Below are positions 58,120 through 64,000 of a DNA stretch of 64,000 bases, in pieces. The DNA lies in the NCBI GenBank assembly GCA_963701855.1, contig CAVPBK010000006.1:288001-352000 (forward strand), written 5' to 3'. The notes below the pieces were generated by a model that worked only from the letters and a program-made list of their open reading frames with translations, was not told where the DNA came from and did no database searches. Made by a program: the position numbers and the translations under genes. The DNA comes from Nitrospirota bacterium. GTDB lineage: Bacteria > Nitrospirota > Nitrospiria > Nitrospirales > Nitrospiraceae. Numbering within the stretch: position 1 is the stretch's first letter; each line of letters begins with the position of its first letter.

Positions 58120-59367
58120 ATGAATTGGCTGAGAGTCCTCCTTGGTGTGCTTGTGTTGTGGTCGAGTACTGCGTGGGGTGCCACGTTGATGTGGCAGGCC
58201 AACAGTGAGCCGGACCTGGCAGGATATCGCGTCTATCAATGCACTCTGCTACCCTGCACCCAATCGTCTGGTAATGCGTCTCTTCTCGTCACATTGGGAA
58301 CGGGGATAAGTTTCAATATCGGGACGCCGGCCGCAACTCAGTACTACTTCATTACAGCATATGATTTTTCTAATAATGAGTCAGCCATGAGCAACCTCGC
58401 GAGCATCGTTACCGCCGGGTCTCCTCCTCCGCCTTCGCCCCCTGTGAAGCCGGTAGGTCTGACGGTCGTGGGCAATCCGGCCACCGGTCCGTGGCCTCCC
58501 ACGTTGACGTGGCAGGCCAACAGTGAATCGGACCTGGCAGGATATCGCGTCTATCAATGCACTCTGCTACCCTGCACCCAATCGTCTGGTAATGCGTCTC
58601 TTCTCGTCACATTGGGAACGGGGACAAGTTTCAATATCGGAACGCCGGCCGTAACTCAGTACTACTTCATTACAGCATATGATTTTTCTAATAATGAGTC
58701 AGCCATGAGCAACCTCGCGAGCATCGTTACCGCCGGGTCTCCTCCTCCGCCTTCGCCCCCTGTGAAGCCGGTAGGTCTGACGGTCGTGGGCAATCCGGCC
58801 ACCGGTCCGTGGCCTCCCACGTTGACGTGGCAGGCCAACAGTGAATCGGACCTGGCAGGATATCGCGTCTATCAATGCACTCTGCTACCCTGCACCCAAT
58901 CGTCTGGTAATGCGTCTCTTCTCGTCACATTGGGAACGGGGACAAGTTTCAATATCGGAACGCCGGCCGTAACTCAGTACTACTTCATTACAGCATATGA
59001 TTTTTCTAATAATGAGTCAGCCATGAGCAATCTCGCGAGCATCATTACCGCCGGGTCTCCTCCCCCGCCTCCGCCCCCTGTGGGGACGGTGAGTCTGAAG
59101 GTCGTGGGCAATCCGGCCACAGGTCCGTGGGGTGTGGAAGGTTTCACGAGCGACCCACGGAATGTCATGGCAAGCATAGCCTTGGATGGGGTCGGGCATC
59201 ATATCGAACACTACGTGCCCTATGGCTTCCCTGACGACAACGGCACGACGGCCACGACGGCGCGGTTCGGCACTGGGTCGCATACGGTGGAGTTCGTGTT
59301 TTATCTGGAAGGCACCACGACCGAGATCGGGCGGGCTAGCGTGACCGTGCAGGAAGGGAGCCCCTGA
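58120..59367 (+). CDS. Secreted protein with three tandem fibronectin-type-III-like domains
   Basis: Signal peptide; three copies of TL.WQANSE.DLAGYRVY...YYFITAYDFSNNES..SN with Pro-rich linkers. Confidence 0.85.
   Translation: MNWLRVLLGVLVLWSSTAWGATLMWQANSEPDLAGYRVYQCTLLPCTQSSGNASLLVTLGTGISFNIGTPAATQYYFITAYDFSNNESAMSNLASIVTAGSPPPPSPPVKPVGLTVVGNPATGPWPPTLTWQANSESDLAGYRVYQCTLLPCTQSSGNASLLVTLGTGTSFNIGTPAVTQYYFITAYDFSNNESAMSNLASIVTAGSPPPPSPPVKPVGLTVVGNPATGPWPPTLTWQANSESDLAGYRVYQCTLLPCTQSSGNASLLVTLGTGTSFNIGTPAVTQYYFITAYDFSNNESAMSNLASIITAGSPPPPPPPVGTVSLKVVGNPATGPWGVEGFTSDPRNVMASIALDGVGHHIEHYVPYGFPDDNGTTATTARFGTGSHTVEFVFYLEGTTTEIGRASVTVQEGSP
58172..59134 (+). repeat. Three near-identical 318-bp tandem repeats
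   Basis: CCACGTTGA recurs at 58181, 58499 and 58817. Confidence 0.92.
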
Positions 59368-59430
59368 GGTGGGCTACGGGGGTCGCAGAGGGGAGCCCCT
59401 TGTGATGGCCTGCGGTTTGTTGGAACGCAA

Positions 59431-59475
59431 TGGAGCCGGCGATCAGAATTGAACGGACGACCTGCGGTTTATGAA
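59431..59475 (-). other. Degenerate 3' half of a tRNA (Thr-like), probable att site
   Basis: Minus strand TTCATAAACCGCAGGTCGTCCGTTCAATTCTGATCGCCGGCTCCA: T-loop GTTCAA and a CCA end, but no 5' half. Confidence 0.75.
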
Positions 59476-59659
59476 GGTGAGTAAGGCGTTTTTAAAAAGG
59501 CTCGGTGTTTCAACTGGTTTCCCCGTTTTTCTCTTTGTATCAGGCTCTGTGGTTTTCACTGTCTCCATTGATTCCGATGCGTCTTGGCCTTTACGGAAAG
59601 TTTTAGCACAAAATGATATATGGACCCAGCCTTCGCGGCCACGACGGCGTGTCACGCGA

Positions 59660-60470
59660 TGCACCAGATAAAAACAGGGTTGCGTCTATATATCCGGCCT
59701 CTCGGTGGACCACAGCTGTGTCCGGGCCTTGATGAATTACGCGCGCGTTCTCCTCATGAGCACCACGGCCTGGTGTGGGCCGACAATGTGTCCAGGGTCT
59801 GAACGCGCTGGGTGTCCCTCTGGTGTCATCACGGATCGTCCGCGCTGCACTCCGTGGTGTGAATCCTCCTGATGTGATGCGGCTCGCGTCTCCTCTCCTC
59901 CTAAAGACCGTCGCGACCCGTCCTGCCCCTAGGCGGGTGGTCGATACGCTTCATCATGGGCCAACAAGGCCCAGATCACTCGGGCATTGTTGTTGGCTCA
60001 GGCCACGGCAGCGACATTGGTGCCTTTGCGGCGCATGAGCGTGCACAGCCACTGTCCCTGCGTATCGGTCCTCCGCGCGGCTCGTTGCACGACAGCGCGC
60101 GCCCCATGAATCAGCAACGTCCGTACAGACCGACTGCCGCGTTTCGAAATCCCGCCGAAGCGCTCCTTGCCGCCACTCGAATATTGCCGAGGCACCAGCC
60201 CCACCAGGCCGCCAGATGCCGACCGTTGTGAAACGCCTGGGGCTGACCGACGGTCGCCACCAGCGCCGTGGCCGTCAGCGGACCAATCCCCGGCCCCGCC
60301 GCCAGTTTCTGGCAGACCGGATGCGCTCGGGACACGCGCTCCACCCGCTGCGTCACCCGCTCGATGCGCGCGTCGAGTTCCGTCAGTTGCGCGTACAACT
60401 CGGCGAAGGTCTCGCGGGCAAACGTGCTCAATCCCGACGCCGTGTCTCCAGAAACCGGATGAGGGCGGGC
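59660..60470 (-). mobile_element. IS110-family (IS1111-like) remnant: transposase C-terminus plus long downstream non-coding end
   Basis: PGIGPLTATAL..FHNGRHLAAW / GLVPRQYSSGGKERFGGISKRG..LRTLLIHGARAV-like segment..AAVA*ANNNARVIWALL; frameshift and internal stop; N-terminus missing. Confidence 0.85.
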
Positions 60471-60533
60471 CGGACCTTCCCCGGGGATTGGCCAATCACC
60501 AATCCATCCTCGGCCAACAAACCCCGACTCTGA

Positions 60534-60791
60534 TTGATGACGGCGGGCCGGTGTTTCACGAAGCGTGATCGCGTCCGGTGCACGATGAAGGTCCTCGCGA
60601 ATCCCGATCGTCCCTATACAGCCATGACAACCGAGGGCAAGGCGCGCATCTTCCAAGCACTCTATGCCGATAAAGCCGCGTCTCAACACTGCGCCGATTG
60701 CCACAATGTGCACCAGAAAAGCCCAAAGAGGGATTTCAAGGCAGGAGACGTGATGGGTGGGATGTTGATAACCATTGTGCTCCCCGAATAG
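60534..60791 (+). pseudogene. C-terminal fragment of a Tll0287/DUF3365-like haem c protein
   Basis: YADKAASQHCADCHNVHQKSPKRDFKAGDVMGG (CxxCH); the 5' part is lost at the IS110 junction. Confidence 0.7.
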
Positions 60792-61106
60792 GAATGGCCA
60801 ACTGAAGATGAGCGACTTTCATCGACGTAGGTATAGGGGCGAGCAAGGTAGGTCGTTTGATTGATCATAATCAGTTCTCTATGGCCCCATGTTGAATATA
60901 TCGCAGATCATCAATGAAATTAGATAGATACATGCGAGGCGCATACAAACATTTTGACCCCTTAAAGACTTCGCTTTGATCTGTATCAATGAGAGAAAAC
61001 GATTCGTCCTATCTGTGATACCTTTCTATAGATAGCGTCCCGTGTTGAAACCGTTGTTTCTTGATGAGAGTTTTTCCACCTGCCACGCTCCCTATTTAAA
61101 GGATTT

Positions 61107-62438
61107 ATGTCAAACGGGAAACCACGAGTGCTGATTCTGGGTGGTGGGTTCGGCGGCATGTATGCTGCGCTGGGGTTCGAACAAGCGCTTGCGCGGGGAG
61201 CCGACTTGGACGTCACCCTCGTCAACCGCGACAACTTTTTCCTCTTTACCCCGATGCTGCACGAAGTCGCGGCGAGCGACCTCGATATCACCAATATCGT
61301 CAGTCCGATCCGCAAGCTCTTGCGTCGTGTGACGTTTTTTCATGGAGACATCGAATCCATCGATCTCGTACACAAACGAGTCGGCTTGTCGCATGGGCAC
61401 GAGGAACATTGCCATTCGCTGCCCTACGATCACCTGGTGCTCGCCCTTGGGTCGACCACGAACTTCTTCAACATCCCCGGCTTGGAAGATCGCGCGCTCA
61501 CGATGAAATCGCTGGATGATGCGATTTTCCTGCGCAACCGCCTGATCGCGAATCTGGAAGAGGCGGACTTTGAATGTGCGGCGCCCCTCCGCGCGCCCTT
61601 ACTGAATTTCGTCGTGGCGGGTGGAGGGTTCGCCGGGGTCGAAACCATCGCCGCCATGAATGACTTTCTGCGGGAGGCAGTGCGGTCGTTTCCGCATCTT
61701 CGGGAGGACATGCTTCGTATCATCCTTGTCAATTCGGAGAAGATCATTTTGCCGGAACTCGGAGAGAAGCTCGGCACTTACGCCCAGCGCAAACTCACGG
61801 AGCACAAGGTCGAAATCCATTCGAACTGTAAAGTCACAGCCGTGACGGATCGCGAGGTCACGCTCAGCGATGGCACAACGGTCACGACCAATACGCTGGT
61901 CTGGACCTCTGGGACCACCCCACCTCCCCTTTTGGACACACTGCCCTGCACGAAAACGCGTGGTCGGATCCTCGTCAACGAGTACCTGGAGGTTCCCGAG
62001 TGGCCTGGCGTCTGGGCTCTTGGCGACTGTGCGGTCGTGCCGGATCGCAAAACCGGGCAATCCCATCCTCCGACCGCGCAACACGCACTGCGCGAAGGGA
62101 AGCTGGCGGCTCAGAATATCCTGGCAACGGTGCGCGGCGAGCGGAAGAAGCCGTTCTTGTTCTCGACGCTCGGGCTCTTGGCCCCAATCGGGAAACGGAG
62201 CGGCGTCGCTAACATTCTCGGCGTGAACTTTTCAGGCTTCATTGCCTGGTGGCTGTGGCGGACGATTTACTTGATGAAACTGCCCCGATTTGAGAAGAAA
62301 GTCCTCGTGGCGTTGGACTGGACGCTCGATGTGCTCTTTTCGAAGGATCTCGTCCACTTCAGGACTGCTCGCCCACTTATCCAGCCGCTTGCGGAAGAAG
62401 ACTCGGAAAGCGAGCCAGTCCAGGTTAGTCGGCACTGA
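61107..62438 (+). CDS. NAD(P)/FAD-dependent oxidoreductase, type II NADH dehydrogenase family
   Basis: ILGGGFGG, YDHLVLALGS, VAGGGFAGVE, WALGDCA, PPTAQHA, GFIAWWLWR. Confidence 0.9.
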   Translation: MSNGKPRVLILGGGFGGMYAALGFEQALARGADLDVTLVNRDNFFLFTPMLHEVAASDLDITNIVSPIRKLLRRVTFFHGDIESIDLVHKRVGLSHGHEEHCHSLPYDHLVLALGSTTNFFNIPGLEDRALTMKSLDDAIFLRNRLIANLEEADFECAAPLRAPLLNFVVAGGGFAGVETIAAMNDFLREAVRSFPHLREDMLRIILVNSEKIILPELGEKLGTYAQRKLTEHKVEIHSNCKVTAVTDREVTLSDGTTVTTNTLVWTSGTTPPPLLDTLPCTKTRGRILVNEYLEVPEWPGVWALGDCAVVPDRKTGQSHPPTAQHALREGKLAAQNILATVRGERKKPFLFSTLGLLAPIGKRSGVANILGVNFSGFIAWWLWRTIYLMKLPRFEKKVLVALDWTLDVLFSKDLVHFRTARPLIQPLAEEDSESEPVQVSRH

Positions 62439-62617
62439 CCTCGAGCTGCCGGCCGAGGTCGCCGACGGGGGTGTCAGATTCGGCTTGGCGGATGGCGTAC
62501 ACGATCTGCTCCTCCGAAAACTTCGACTGCTTCATGGGTCCGCTCCTTTCGTGCATGACCACCGAAGCGCCATCGTACTCCAGTTTCAAAATGCCGTCGT
62601 TTTCCGGGGAGACGTCA
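62434..62617 (-). mobile_element. IS3-family remnant (left end plus truncated orfA)
   Basis: 5'-TGACGTCTCCCCGGAAAAC end; MKQSKFSEEQIVYAIRQAESDTPVGDLGRQLEVS. Confidence 0.8.
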
Positions 62618-62836
62618 GTAGGAGTTGTACGCAGAAGGCGCAATAGGCCGCTGGAGTAAATACGAGTATTTGAAATATGGTTTGGAAGTTACCCGTGCTC
62701 ATTGCCGGCTGTCGTGTCGAATATAGTGTGGTAGAGAATTGCATATTCGCAGCCTCGCCCTAACTCGTTGCAGTAGCAAGGTTCATTCTTAACCTGTGGT
62801 TCAAGTGTGGCTAATGTGATCAGATCTTGACCAAAA

Positions 62837-62878
62837 AGCTGGCGAGAGGAATTGAACCTCCAACCTGCGGTTTGCAAA
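62837..62878 (-). other. Degenerate 3' half of a second tRNA (Thr-like), probable att site
   Basis: Minus strand TTTGCAAACCGCAGGTTGGAGGTTCAATTCCTCTCGCCAGCT: intact T-arm, no 5' half. Confidence 0.7.
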
Positions 62879-63208
62879 CTCGATTCTGACCAACCTGACA
62901 CGACCCACGACGAGCTAACACAAGGAAAACTGAAGAATCCGAGGAACCATCCTCTTGATGGGTCGGGATGGCTTGTCCTGTTCCGGTAGCAGAGTGGTAG
63001 CAGACGATCCTGTGTGCGACCAACATCTTTCATTTCCTTTTCGCCCCCCTAGCCGTGCTGTGCGCTGTGTTCGAAAACCCTTCTCCAATTCAAGACCCGA
63101 GAATTCGATTTTCTAGGACTTCGACTTATCCTTCCGCCTGTTCAACTCTCAAATATCAGCGTTGCCGAAACATGGGTGAAATAGTGAACGTGTTTCTAAC
63201 GGCAGGGG

Positions 63209-63248
63209 TTGACTTATTCTATATTTCTATTATTATAGAAGTATAGAA
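63209..63248 (+). promoter_or_regulatory. ars promoter with ArsR operator inverted repeat
   Basis: TTGACT -35; TTCTATATTTCTAT-N4-ATAGAAGTATAGAA overlapping the -10. Confidence 0.75.
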
Positions 63249-63260
63249 GGAGTGCCACAT

Positions 63261-63605
63261 ATGCCCAAACAGGATGAAGCCGAATTGATCACTCGCTATG
63301 CCGATATGTTCTCGGCCATGGGAACCGAGCCGCGCCTCAGGATTGTGCGCCTGCTGTTAAGCGCCCATCCGGAAGGGATGGTCGTCGGCGAAATCGGGAG
63401 CGAACTAGAAATCCCGAACTCGACCCTCTCACACCACCTTGAAAAGCTCAAGAACGAGGATCTCGTCAAGGTGCGTCGCGAGGGTACCTATCTCTGGTAC
63501 TCGGCCAATGCCGACACGCTGGAGGAGCTGCTCGGCTTCCTCTATGCCGAATGCTGCACCCGTAACAAAGCGATCGCGCCGCAGAAGATTGTCTGCTGCA
63601 AATAA
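63261..63605 (+). CDS. arsR: ArsR/SmtB-family repressor
   Basis: [24 protein letters not shown]...LV..RREG, AECC. Confidence 0.92.
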   Translation: MPKQDEAELITRYADMFSAMGTEPRLRIVRLLLSAHPEGMVVGEIGSELEIPNSTLSHHLEKLKNEDLVKVRREGTYLWYSANADTLEELLGFLYAECCTRNKAIAPQKIVCCK

Positions 63606-63620
63606 CGAAAGGACAAGACC

Positions 63621-64000
63621 ATGACTACGGGAAATGATGTGAAGGAAATTGTACGCGAGAAATACGGCCAGGCGGCGCAGCGCGTGGCGGTCGGGCAGGC
63701 CAATGGGTGCTGCGGGGCGTCCGCTCTGGAGGGCTGCGATCCCATTACCTCCGATCTGTACGATACGGCACAAGCCGGAGAAGTGCCGGAGAAGGCGATG
63801 CAGGCCTCGCTCGGTTGCGGCAACCCGACCGCCCTGGCGGAACTGAAGCCGGGCGAGACGGTTCTGGATCTCGGCTCGGGCGGTGGTATCGACGTGCTCC
63901 TCTCGGCGAAGCGCGTGGGTCCCCTCGGCAAGGCATACGGTCTCGACATGACCGATGACATGCTCGCGCTTGCCGAAGAGAACAAGCGCAAAAGCGGCCT
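63621..64000 (+). CDS. arsM: Arsenite S-adenosylmethyltransferase, partial (runs off the window)
   Basis: Manual translation: [76 protein letters not shown]. Confidence 0.92.
   Translation, partial: MTTGNDVKEIVREKYGQAAQRVAVGQANGCCGASALEGCDPITSDLYDTAQAGEVPEKAMQASLGCGNPTALAELKPGETVLDLGSGGGIDVLLSAKRVGPLGKAYGLDMTDDMLALAEENKRKSG

Noticed and set aside
59431..62878. Functional tRNA genes
   Set aside because: Only the anticodon-loop-to-3' halves are present, with no D-arm or 5' acceptor strand; the first copy has a T-stem mismatch.

Overview
Bacterial genomic DNA, moderately GC-rich. Gene families and intergenic repeats look Nitrospira-like, but the taxon is an inference. Positions 1-59.4 kb form a cell-surface and phosphate-acquisition region. 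It holds an atypical OmpR/PhoB-family regulator, pstS and an OprO/OprP-type porin, then a large exosortase D (XrtD)-associated exopolysaccharide locus with an acyl-carrier/GNAT/deacetylase module. Next come three VPLPA/PEP-CTERM-type surface proteins plus a decayed fourth, a secreted PstS-fold protein, a TpsB-TpsA-ExbB-ExbD-TonB operon, a lone gspC, a beta-barrel OMP and a protein with three 318-bp tandem repeats. About 12 transcription units carry the same 11-bp-periodic (T/G)TAAC(A/C) direct-repeat box, often about 15 bp from a -10 hexamer, which suggests one Pho-like regulon. Intergenic spaces contain many degenerate 9-mer and 7-8-mer tandem repeats arranged as inverted arms, and several MITE-like elements. 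After 59.4 kb there is an island-like mosaic: two tRNA-Thr 3' fragments, IS110 and IS3 remnants, an NDH-2-like oxidoreductase and arsR-arsM. Several genes have single-base frameshifts that may be sequencing errors. All calls come from reading the sequence and ORF track; no database searches were run.
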